NCBI GenBank assembly: GCA_021199145.1
Contig: JAJQIP010000021.1
Coordinates: 1-55,125, forward strand
Direction of reading: 5' to 3'
Length of the DNA: 55,125 nucleotides
Origin: Porphyromonadaceae bacterium
GTDB taxonomy: Bacteria; Bacteroidota; Bacteroidia; Bacteroidales; UBA11471
Shown here: positions 9,382 through 18,077 of the stretch, piece after piece
Position numbering within the stretch: position 1 is the first letter of the stretch
How the letters are laid out: each line of letters starts with the position of its first letter
The notes under the pieces: model-generated
Told to the model about the DNA's origin: nothing
What the model saw: only the letters and a program-made list of their open reading frames with translations
Database searches by the model: none
Position numbers and translations under genes: made by a program

Positions 9382-12309
9382 CTAAGCTTCAGCAGAGACT
9401 TGTTTTGCCAGTCTCCTTCTCATCATTTCATAGGCGATAGGTACGGCAACAAAGAGGGTCGAACAAGTACCTGTAATGACACCTACCAACATGGCGAAAG
9501 AGAAACTGCGGATTGTATCCCCACCCAAAATAAAGATACAGAGCAATACCAATGCCGTACTCAACGATGTATTGATGGTACGTGCCAAGGTGCTATTGAG
9601 AGCCTCATTCACCACCAAGCGGCGCTCCCGTTTAGGATAGAGACCTATCACCTCACGCACCCTGTCAAATACCACCACCTTATCATTGACAGAATAACCG
9701 ATGATGGTCAGAATGGCCGCAATAAATGTCTGGTCAATCTCCATAGAGAAGGGCAACAGACCATTCAACAAGGAATAGACGGTCAAAATAATCACCGTAT
9801 CAAAAGCCAAGGAAGCAAGAGTCCCGACACTAAAAGCAAGATCGCGGAAACGTAACAAGATATACAAGGCAATCGCAATCAAAGAGATAATGACGGCCCA
9901 AATAGCCCCCACCGTGATATCCTTGGCAATACTTGGCCCCACTTTCTGTATGCTCATCACATTCTCACTCTCGAAAGCCTCTTGAGGCTTCCCGCCAATC
10001 TCATCTTTGAGACCATTGTAAATCATGGTCAGAATCTCCTCATCAATCGACTCATCACTCTCATTGATGCGGTAGTTGGTAGAGATACGCACTTGGTTAT
10101 CTCCACCGATGGTGATAACTGTAGGAATATTCTCACCGAATTGAGGTTTGAGCAAATCTGCTATATATTGAGTGGAAACCGGCTTTTCGAAACGGACGAT
10201 ATAATTCCGTCCACCGGAGAAATCGATACCCTTATTCAGCCCCCGAACAGCGAACGAAACACATCCGACAATCACCAACAGGAGACAAACAATATACCCT
10301 CTCTTGCGGATACCTAAGAAATTGACACCCGGATTGACCAGCAAATTCTTGGAAATCTTCGTAGTAAACGAAAGGTGCTTGAACCAGTTCTTCTCCAATC
10401 CTCTCTCATAGAAGAGGCGGGTGAGGAATACCGCCGTAAAGAACGAGCAGACAATACCGATAAGCAACGTGGTGGCAAATCCCCGGATAGGACCTGTACC
10501 GAAATAGAACAGTATCAAACCTGTAATGACAGAAGTAAGGTTTGAGTCAAAGATGGCGGAAAAGGCGTTTTTATATCCGTCGGAAATGGCGTTCTTCAAA
10601 CCCTTTCCTGCCCGGAGTTCCTCCTTTGAACGTTCGTAAATCAACACGTTCGCATCGACGGCAATACCCAACGACAATACCAGACCGGCAATACCGGAGA
10701 GTGTCAGCACCGCTTGGAACGAAGCCAGAATACCCAACGTAAAGAAGAGGTTGAAAATCAAAGCCACACTCGCTGTCAATCCGGGTACAATCCCATAGAT
10801 GCAAATCATATAAATCATCAGCAATATCAGAGCGAATATAAAGGAGATAATTCCGCTATGAATAGCCTCTTGGCCCAAAGAAGGTCCCACTACATCTTCT
10901 TGAACAATCTTCACACTGGCGGCCATTTTACCTGTCTTCAATACATTTGCCAAGTCCTTGGCCTCTTCCGGAGTAAAGCCGCCGGAAATTTGGGAAGAGC
11001 CGTTGGGAATTTCGCTATTGACTACCGGGAAGGAGTAAACATGGTCATCGAGAACGACCGCTACGCAGCGGCCCACATTCTCCCGGGTAAGTTGTGCCCA
11101 GATTTTCGTTCCTTCGGCGTTCATCGTCATGCTGACCACAGGCGAATTCGTCAACCGGTCAAAATCCTCTCGGGCATCGTTAATTACATCCCCTTCCAAT
11201 GCAGGGCGACCACCCGTACTCGATTTCAAAGCAACCAACTGATAATACTGCTCCTTTTCATCTATTGATTTTACCGTCCAGGAAAAACAGAGATTCGTCG
11301 GTAACATCTCCCGCACTTGCGGCAAGGCCAAATAGGCGTTCACCGCAGCCGTATCCCGATAGTGGGCATATCCTACAGAGGGATTGGCCAACGGTTGTCC
11401 GTTTTGAGAGAGGGAAGGTTGCAACCGAGAGAAAAGCGGGTTTTGGCGTTTCCATAAATCCTCCTCTTGATTTCCCTCTACCAAGTCCGAAAGTTCATCT
11501 TCCTCATCCGAACTCTTTTCCTCGGCAACCACAGGCTTCCCGTTATTTTCCATACGGGCAATCATCTCATTGACAGCCACTAACCGAGAATAAATCTCGT
11601 TCATGTTGTAAGTTTCCCAAAATTCGAGATTGGCACTACCTTGCAACAATTTGCGCACACGTTCCGGTTCTTTTACGCCAGGAAGTTCCACGAGAATACG
11701 CCCTGTTTTCTCCAGCCGCTGGATATTGGGAGAAACGACACCGAAACGGTCGATACGGGTACGCAACACATTAAAAGAATTATCAATGGCACTATTCAAT
11801 TCCTCACGCAAAACAGAAAGGACTTGGTCATTGGTGGCATTCGGCGAGATTTTCTCTTTTAATTGGTAGGTACTGAAAATCGAAGCCAGACGGATATTCG
11901 GGTCAAGTTTCCTATATTCATTCAGGAAGACCGTCAAGAAATCAGAATTATCGGCCTGATTAGCCGTTGCCGCAGCAAGAACCGCATTGAATTTGGCATC
12001 AGGATTATTATTCGATAGAGACCGTAGCACATCCGCTACTGAAATCTGGAGGGTTACATTCATTCCGCCCTTCAAATCCAATCCCAAGCCTATCTCCATC
12101 TCATTACACTGTTTCAACGTGTAATAGCCCAGATAGACCTTTTCGGTGGCCATAGAATCCAAATAATTCCTATAAGCGACAGGGTCTCCATTGGAAATCT
12201 TTTCCGCTTTCTGGTTGTAATATCGCGTTACAAACGAGAAAGAAATGTAGAAAAGGCAGACCAAAGCCAATAGAATAGCTATAACCCTTATGAATCCTTT
12301 GTTTTGCAT
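9382..12309 (-). CDS. secDF: protein translocase subunit SecDF (fused)
   Basis: 975 aa with a large periplasmic domain, then two 6-TM RND-like halves. Matches the Bacteroidetes SecD-SecF fusion. Confidence 0.93.
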   Translation of the reverse strand: MQNKGFIRVIAILLALVCLFYISFSFVTRYYNQKAEKISNGDPVAYRNYLDSMATEKVYLGYYTLKQCNEMEIGLGLDLKGGMNVTLQISVADVLRSLSNNNPDAKFNAVLAAATANQADNSDFLTVFLNEYRKLDPNIRLASIFSTYQLKEKISPNATNDQVLSVLREELNSAIDNSFNVLRTRIDRFGVVSPNIQRLEKTGRILVELPGVKEPERVRKLLQGSANLEFWETYNMNEIYSRLVAVNEMIARMENNGKPVVAEEKSSDEEDELSDLVEGNQEEDLWKRQNPLFSRLQPSLSQNGQPLANPSVGYAHYRDTAAVNAYLALPQVREMLPTNLCFSWTVKSIDEKEQYYQLVALKSSTGGRPALEGDVINDAREDFDRLTNSPVVSMTMNAEGTKIWAQLTRENVGRCVAVVLDDHVYSFPVVNSEIPNGSSQISGGFTPEEAKDLANVLKTGKMAASVKIVQEDVVGPSLGQEAIHSGIISFIFALILLMIYMICIYGIVPGLTASVALIFNLFFTLGILASFQAVLTLSGIAGLVLSLGIAVDANVLIYERSKEELRAGKGLKNAISDGYKNAFSAIFDSNLTSVITGLILFYFGTGPIRGFATTLLIGIVCSFFTAVFLTRLFYERGLEKNWFKHLSFTTKISKNLLVNPGVNFLGIRKRGYIVCLLLVIVGCVSFAVRGLNKGIDFSGGRNYIVRFEKPVSTQYIADLLKPQFGENIPTVITIGGDNQVRISTNYRINESDESIDEEILTMIYNGLKDEIGGKPQEAFESENVMSIQKVGPSIAKDITVGAIWAVIISLIAIALYILLRFRDLAFSVGTLASLAFDTVIILTVYSLLNGLLPFSMEIDQTFIAAILTIIGYSVNDKVVVFDRVREVIGLYPKRERRLVVNEALNSTLARTINTSLSTALVLLCIFILGGDTIRSFSFAMLVGVITGTCSTLFVAVPIAYEMMRRRLAKQVSAEA

Positions 12310-12348
12310 TGTGTATGAATATTATTTTGTTTATACGTTTTGAAGATA

Positions 12349-12356
12349 CAAATATA
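12349..12356 (-). promoter_or_regulatory. -7 box TATATTTG for secDF
   Basis: The + strand reads CAAATATA, 40 nt upstream of the secDF ATG at 12309. A second candidate lies at 12379-12386. Confidence 0.45.
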
Positions 12357-12462
12357 TCTCTTTTTTCAGTTGCAGCGGCAAAAATACAAATTTTTGTCAT
12401 CTTAGCGGTCAAAAAAGAGGGGATAATTCCAGGAGGAATATACTTCTTCCCCTTCTTTGTCG

Positions 12463-12470
12463 TATCTTTG
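12463..12470 (+). promoter_or_regulatory. -7 box TATCTTTG
   Basis: Exact TAnnTTTG match 39 nt upstream of the ATG at 12509. Confidence 0.55.
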
Positions 12471-12508
12471 TCTCCAGAACCTTTCAACATATCAATACCT
12501 GTCCGGGC

Positions 12509-14428
12509 ATGAGAGATGTTCATCGTACAAACCACCGATTGCTCCAAAGTTTCATCATTCTCTTTATCATTGCTATAGGAGGATGCTGTTTCTCTTGTGC
12601 CAATATCGGACGTCCGGGCGGAGGGCCCAAAGACGAGATTCCCCCTGTCTTGAAGAAGAGCAATCCGGAAATAGGAAGCCTCAATTACGAAAAAAACAAA
12701 ATAACGCTTGAATTTGATGAGATTATACAAGTGGAAAGCTCCAACGATAAAATCATCATCTCCCCTCCGCAAACAAATATGCCACGAATCTCCGCATTAG
12801 GGCATACCGTCACCATTACCTTGAACGACACGTTAAAACCCAATACCACCTATACCATTGATTTTGGGGATGCCATCTCTGACAACAATGAGAATAATAA
12901 AATGGAGAATTTCAGCTTTTATTTCTCCACAGGTGACCATATAGACACGCTCGAATTGTCGGGAATACTCCTCAATGCCTCCGATCTCGAACCGGTAAGC
13001 AGCACCTTAGTGGGCATCTACGCCGACCTTCACGACACGGCCTTCACCACGCAACCCTTTTTACGGATGGGAAGAACTGACGAATCGGGCCATTTCATCA
13101 TCCACAATATTGCCGAAGGCACTTACCGGATCTTTGCTTTGAAAGATGGCAACCGAAACTACTTCTTCGACAATGCGACCGAAGATATCGCCTACCTCGA
13201 CAGCATTTTCACTCCCAGTGTGACGATGGAGTGGCACAGAGACACGACATGGCTCGACAGTATCACTGTCGACACCATTATCGCCACGCTACAACCGCAC
13301 TATATGCCCGACGATATCATACTGCGTCTCTTCAACGAAAACTATACCGCCAGTTATTTTGAGAAATATGACCGGTCCGACCGCTACAAGATAACCCTCT
13401 ACTTTTCCACGGCTCAAGACACCCTGCCCCTTATTACCCCCTTGAATTTCTCGGGAAATGATTGGGCTATCATTGAGAAAAGTCCGACGAACGATACCAT
13501 TACTTACTGGTTGCGGGACTCTTTAATCTACAATATGGATTCTCTATCGGTTGCATTGCGCTATTTGCATACCGATACCGCCCAACAGCTTTCCCCCTAC
13601 AACGACACGATGTTGTGGGTATTCCGGGAGAAAAAGACACGTACTCGAGCCAACAGAAAAGAAGAGAAGAACGACACATTGCCTCAAATCGATTTCATGG
13701 GAATTGACAAACGGGGCGGAGCGAGCGTCGATTATTACAGTTTTCCCTCTTATACATTCGCCTATCCGGTAAAATCCATCGACCCGAAAGCCATGCATCT
13801 CGAATACAAAGTAGATACGCTGTGGACTCCTGTCGATGACTATACTTTCACCCCTCCGGAGAAAGACAAACCCCGTTCGTATCGGTTAACCAGCAAATGG
13901 GTTTCGGGAGGAGAGTACCGCTTCACCCTTGATTCTTTAGCTGCAGAGAGTATTTATGGGAATCCGACAAACACGATGGTCCACACCTTCAAAGTAAAAG
14001 CGATAGAAGAATATGCCAATCTGCTTGTCCGGACAGCGGGTGTAACCGACCACGCCTTTATTGAGTTGTTGAATGAGTCCGACCAACCCCTTTACAAAAC
14101 TCCGGTAAAAAATGGCATTGCTTTGTTCCGATATGTCGACCCCGGCACCTACTATATGCGACTGTGTATCGACAGTAATGAAAATGGTGTGTGGGACACC
14201 GGTAATTATGGGGAAAAGCGTTCGCCTGAAGAGGTTTATTACTATCCGGGGAATATCTCTTTGCGGGCCAATTGGGATGTAGATCAGGCCTGGGATGTCT
14301 TTGCCGTACCGCTTGCCGAGCAAAAGCCCTACGAAATCATCAAAAACAAGCCCAAAATAAAAGAGGAGGATATGCCCGAAGAAGATGAACGGCCTATGTA
14401 TTCCAATCAACCGACCATTATACGTTGA
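12509..14428 (+). CDS. Ig-like (SbsA/Big-type) domain lipoprotein, function unknown
   Basis: Lipoprotein-like N-terminus (IIAIGGCCFSC), PPVL...ITLEFDE, an Ig-like domain start typical of Bacteroidales proteins, and a beta-rich body. Confidence 0.65.
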   Translation: MRDVHRTNHRLLQSFIILFIIAIGGCCFSCANIGRPGGGPKDEIPPVLKKSNPEIGSLNYEKNKITLEFDEIIQVESSNDKIIISPPQTNMPRISALGHTVTITLNDTLKPNTTYTIDFGDAISDNNENNKMENFSFYFSTGDHIDTLELSGILLNASDLEPVSSTLVGIYADLHDTAFTTQPFLRMGRTDESGHFIIHNIAEGTYRIFALKDGNRNYFFDNATEDIAYLDSIFTPSVTMEWHRDTTWLDSITVDTIIATLQPHYMPDDIILRLFNENYTASYFEKYDRSDRYKITLYFSTAQDTLPLITPLNFSGNDWAIIEKSPTNDTITYWLRDSLIYNMDSLSVALRYLHTDTAQQLSPYNDTMLWVFREKKTRTRANRKEEKNDTLPQIDFMGIDKRGGASVDYYSFPSYTFAYPVKSIDPKAMHLEYKVDTLWTPVDDYTFTPPEKDKPRSYRLTSKWVSGGEYRFTLDSLAAESIYGNPTNTMVHTFKVKAIEEYANLLVRTAGVTDHAFIELLNESDQPLYKTPVKNGIALFRYVDPGTYYMRLCIDSNENGVWDTGNYGEKRSPEEVYYYPGNISLRANWDVDQAWDVFAVPLAEQKPYEIIKNKPKIKEEDMPEEDERPMYSNQPTIIR

Positions 14429-14554
14429 TAATCGGCACACTCCTAAGAGGAGAAACAGCATCGTTCTCTCCATATAACAAGAGTTTATCATCAGCATAGC
14501 GCACTTATTGAAATAGAAAAGAGGTTGAGAATATGATAATTAAAAATAAATCTG

Positions 14555-14562
14555 TATCTTTG
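14555..14562 (+). promoter_or_regulatory. -7 box TATCTTTG
   Basis: Exact match, but it lies 199 nt upstream of the next ATG at 14761, which implies a long leader. Confidence 0.5.
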
Positions 14563-14760
14563 CCGCCCATAAAAGGACTATTTCGTTTTCGAACCCTCTT
14601 CCTTACATATTATACTATTTGCTGAATCCCGGCTACCCAGGAATAGTTTCCTTCTATACAGGAAGTCTCACCATCGCTGTATGTGCTGCACGCGCCTTTA
14701 AGAACGGGACATTACCACAAATGGATTCTACATTGAAAAACTATTATCTATAATTAAATT

Positions 14761-15801
14761 ATGGTATTACTCTTAGTATACCTTTTCCTTGCATTAGGTA
14801 TATCGTTTATTTGTTCGATATTGGAAGCCGTATTGCTCTCCATGCCCATGTCGTTTGCCACCCTGAAAGAACAAGAGGGAGAGAAGCTGGCCCCCATATT
14901 GAAAAAATACAAACAGAATATTGACCGACCTATTTCGGCTATTCTCTCGCTGAACACCATCGCCCACACCATCGGGGCGGCTGGAGTAGGTGCCGAAGCC
15001 ACAAAGATATTCGGGAATGTCTATTTCGGGGTCGTATCGGTGATTCTCACCATCCTCATTTTAGTGGTCTCCGAGATTATACCCAAAACCATAGGAGCGT
15101 CGTATTGGCGGCAATTGGCCCTCATCGCAGTACGGGTCATCCGGCTACTGGTCTGCATCTGCTATCCGTTGGTCCTGCTATCTGAATTAATTACCCGCAT
15201 TTTCTCCCCGAAAGAGAAAGGGATTGCCGTAAGCCGTGAAGAGGTTTCGGCCATCGTAACCATGGGAGAAGAAGAGGGGGTTATCCAATCCAAAGAGAAC
15301 AAGGTCATACAGAATCTTATCCGGCTCGGGAATGTGAAGGTAAAGGAGGTGATGACTCCTCGTGTGGTAACAGAGGTCGCCTCAGAAGAGATGACCCTAC
15401 GGGACTTCTATCAGGAAAAGGCCTATCGTTATTATTCTCGGATTCCCGTGTATGGGAAAGACAAAGACGATATTACCGGCTATGTGTTACGCCGTACCGT
15501 TCTTGAAAATCTGACCGAAGACAAATTTGATATGAAACTCAAGGACATACGCCGCTCTATCCCCTATTTCTCCGAGAACAAACCAGTCTCCACCGTTTGG
15601 GAAAAGCTGCTCGAACACAAGGAACAGATTGCCCTGATTGTCGATGAGTATGGTTGTTTCTGTGGAATTGCCACTATGGAAGATATTGTAGAGACGATTT
15701 TCGGTCTGGAGATTATCGACGAGACCGACAGTGTCGTAGATATGCAACAATATGCCCGTGACCGTTGGTTTGCCCGCCAACAACGATACAATGAGATGTG
15801 A
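14761..15801 (+). CDS. CNNM/DUF21 + CBS-pair membrane protein (CorB/hemolysin-family divalent-cation transporter)
   Basis: N-terminal 4-TM DUF21 pattern (SAILSLNTIAHTIGAAG), then a CBS pair (VKEVMTPR..., IALIVDEYGCFCGIATMEDIVE). At 346 aa there is no CorC/HlyC C-terminal domain. Confidence 0.82.
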   Translation: MVLLLVYLFLALGISFICSILEAVLLSMPMSFATLKEQEGEKLAPILKKYKQNIDRPISAILSLNTIAHTIGAAGVGAEATKIFGNVYFGVVSVILTILILVVSEIIPKTIGASYWRQLALIAVRVIRLLVCICYPLVLLSELITRIFSPKEKGIAVSREEVSAIVTMGEEEGVIQSKENKVIQNLIRLGNVKVKEVMTPRVVTEVASEEMTLRDFYQEKAYRYYSRIPVYGKDKDDITGYVLRRTVLENLTEDKFDMKLKDIRRSIPYFSENKPVSTVWEKLLEHKEQIALIVDEYGCFCGIATMEDIVETIFGLEIIDETDSVVDMQQYARDRWFARQQRYNEM

Positions 15802-15874
15802 AAAAAGGCAAACAAACCGAACACAGATAACCGAGGAGTAGCCAAACCGGATTGACCGATTTAAGATAAATCCG

Positions 15875-15882
15875 TATCTTTG
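15875..15882 (+). promoter_or_regulatory. -7 box TATCTTTG for nadB
   Basis: Exact TAnnTTTG match 41 nt upstream of the ATG at 15923. Confidence 0.55.
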
Positions 15883-15922
15883 CAGCAGACCTGTAAGGGG
15901 AAATTTCCAGATAAAAAGGCAT

Positions 15923-17497
15923 ATGATTTACAAGTATGATTTTTTGGTAATCGGTTCGGGCATTGCCGGAATGAGTTTTGCCCTAAAAGTAGCCCACAAG
16001 GGGAAAGTGGCCCTCATTTGTAAAGCCGGCTTGGAAGATGCGAATACCTATTTTGCGCAAGGAGGCATTGCTTCGGTAACGAACCTTGCCGTAGACAATT
16101 TCGAAAAACATATCGAAGACACTCTGATTGCCGGAGACCAAATCAACGACCGGGCAGCGGTGGAGAAAGTGGTCCGCGAAGCTCCCGGGCAGATTAAGGA
16201 ACTCATCCGCTGGGGCGTGGAATTTGACAAAAAGGAGAACGGAGAGTTTGACCTGCATCGGGAAGGCGGTCATTCCGAATTCCGTATTCTGCACCATAAA
16301 GACAATACCGGAGCTGAGATACAAACCAGTCTCATCAAAGCGGTAACGTCCCATCCCAACATCACCATCTTTAAAAACCACTTTGCGGTAGAAATCATTA
16401 CCCAGCATCATTTGGGGATTATCGTAACACGCTATACTCCTGGCATAAAATGTTTTGGAGCCTATGTTTTGGATGAAAATTCGGGAGAGGTGAACACCTT
16501 CCTTTCCAAAGTAACGGTAATGGCCACAGGGGGTTGCGAAGCGGTATATTGCAATACGACCAGTCCGCTGGTAGCCACGGGTGACGGCATAGCCATGGTA
16601 TACCGAGCTAAAGGTGCGGTTAAAGATATGGAATTTATACAGTTCCATCCTACAGCCTTGTACCATCCGGGAGATCGTCCCAGTTTCCTCATCACCGAAG
16701 CGATGCGGGGATACGGTGCCGTATTGCGTGGCCTTGACGGGAAAGAGTTCATGCAGAAATATGACCCCCGTCTCTCCTTGGCCCCACGGGACATTGTGGC
16801 ACGTGCCATCGACAATGAGATGAAGCAACGGGGCGGAGACCATGTCTACCTGGATGTCACCCACAAAGACCCCGAAGAGACCAAACGGCACTTCCCCAAT
16901 ATCTACAAACACTGCTTGGATATAGGCATAGACATCACCAAAGAGTATATTCCGGTAGTTCCTGCGGCACACTACCTCTGTGGGGGCATTAAAGTAAATC
17001 TCGACGGCGAGTCAAGCATCCGGCGGCTGTACGCTCTCGGAGAATGTTCTTGCACGGGTCTGCACGGAGGGAACCGCTTGGCCTCCAACTCCCTTATTGA
17101 AGCGATTGTCTATGCAGATGCCGCCGCTAAGCATGCCTTGAAAGTGCTCGACCGGTATGACTTCAACACCGACATTCCCGAATGGAATGACGAAGGCACC
17201 ATTACCAACGAGGAGCGTGTGCTTATTACCCAAAGCATGAAAGAGGTGAACCAAATCATGGAATCGTACGTAGGCATCGTACGCAGCAACGTACGTCTCA
17301 CCCGAGCTTGGAACCGCCTTGATATTCTCTATGAGGAGACCGAAAGTCTGTTCAAACGGAGTAAGGCTTCCCGTGAAATCTGTGAATTACGGAATATGAT
17401 TAATGTGGGTTACCTTATCACCCGACAGGCTATGGAACGCAAGGAGAGCCGCGGATTACACTATACCCTTGACTATCCACATCCCAGCAATCAGTAA
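15923..17497 (+). CDS. nadB: L-aspartate oxidase
   Basis: FAD dinucleotide fold DFLVIGSGIAGMS, YAQGGIA, FHPTAL, and ESRGLHY near the C-terminus; 524 aa. Confidence 0.93.
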   Translation: MIYKYDFLVIGSGIAGMSFALKVAHKGKVALICKAGLEDANTYFAQGGIASVTNLAVDNFEKHIEDTLIAGDQINDRAAVEKVVREAPGQIKELIRWGVEFDKKENGEFDLHREGGHSEFRILHHKDNTGAEIQTSLIKAVTSHPNITIFKNHFAVEIITQHHLGIIVTRYTPGIKCFGAYVLDENSGEVNTFLSKVTVMATGGCEAVYCNTTSPLVATGDGIAMVYRAKGAVKDMEFIQFHPTALYHPGDRPSFLITEAMRGYGAVLRGLDGKEFMQKYDPRLSLAPRDIVARAIDNEMKQRGGDHVYLDVTHKDPEETKRHFPNIYKHCLDIGIDITKEYIPVVPAAHYLCGGIKVNLDGESSIRRLYALGECSCTGLHGGNRLASNSLIEAIVYADAAAKHALKVLDRYDFNTDIPEWNDEGTITNEERVLITQSMKEVNQIMESYVGIVRSNVRLTRAWNRLDILYEETESLFKRSKASREICELRNMINVGYLITRQAMERKESRGLHYTLDYPHPSNQ

Positions 17498-17555
17498 GGC
17501 GGCCTCCTTGTCCTCCCAAGGGTACCCAAGGAGATTACCTCTACAAAATTATTCA

Positions 17556-17563
17556 TAGCTTTG
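17556..17563 (+). promoter_or_regulatory. -7 box TAGCTTTG for the Fur-family/ATPase pair
   Basis: Exact TAnnTTTG match 18 nt upstream of the ATG at 17581, giving a very short leader. Confidence 0.5.
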
Positions 17564-17580
17564 CAGAAAGGAACAAGACT

Positions 17581-18015
17581 ATGGACAAGCTTTCCCAAGA
17601 CGACAGTACCGACATATTGCTCCATCATGGTATACGGCCCACCGCTGTACGCATCCTCATGTACAAAGAGATGCAGAAATTCCGGGACACCTTCAGTATG
17701 ACGGATTTGGAGGATAGTCTGGAAAGCGTTGATAAATCTACCATTTTCAGGACTCTTACTCTATTTGCCCGCTACCATCTTGTCCATGAAATAGAGGACG
17801 GAAGCGGCTCAAAAAAATATTGTCTGTGTCACAGTCTGGTCTGCAGTCTCGATGAATTGCATTGCCATTTCTACTGCGAATCCTGTCACAAGACCTTCTG
17901 TCTGGACCACACCCATATCCCCATTGTACGGTATCCTCAAGGGTTTGAATTACAGAAAATCGATTATCTGCTCAGAGGGTTATGCCCCGTCTGCCGGCAA
18001 AAAAAGGCTGAATAA
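17581..18015 (+). CDS. Fur-family metal-responsive transcriptional repressor
   Basis: Winged-helix N-terminus (RPTAVRILMYKEM...STIFRTLTLF) and C-terminal Cys/His pairs (HCHFYCESC ... CPVC) typical of the Fur/Zur structural Zn site. Confidence 0.85.
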   Translation: MDKLSQDDSTDILLHHGIRPTAVRILMYKEMQKFRDTFSMTDLEDSLESVDKSTIFRTLTLFARYHLVHEIEDGSGSKKYCLCHSLVCSLDELHCHFYCESCHKTFCLDHTHIPIVRYPQGFELQKIDYLLRGLCPVCRQKKAE

Positions 18016-18077
18016 ACTTTGCAACCCAGTTGCAAGACTCCTTTCCTACTTTTGTCTTGTCGTCAAAACAGAAGATT

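Noticed and set aside
14541-14566. A near-identical 26-28-nt sequence (TTAAAAATAAATCTGTATCTTTGCCGC) recurs before nadB at 15861-15886 (TTAAGATAAATCCGTATCTTTGCAGC); I considered it as a dispersed repeat or shared operator.
   Set aside because: The shared part coincides with the extended Bacteroidetes promoter consensus around the -7 box. Two occurrences are insufficient to claim a specific regulon motif.
14563-14760. I considered an SRP (4.5S) RNA, a 6S RNA or a tRNA in this long leader, because of the CCCAGG...GGAAG and TTCGAACC strings.
   Set aside because: There is no GGAAGCAGC-type domain IV motif, no GGTTCGAATCC T-arm with a matching acceptor stem, and no long closing helix. It is kept only as an unexplained leader.
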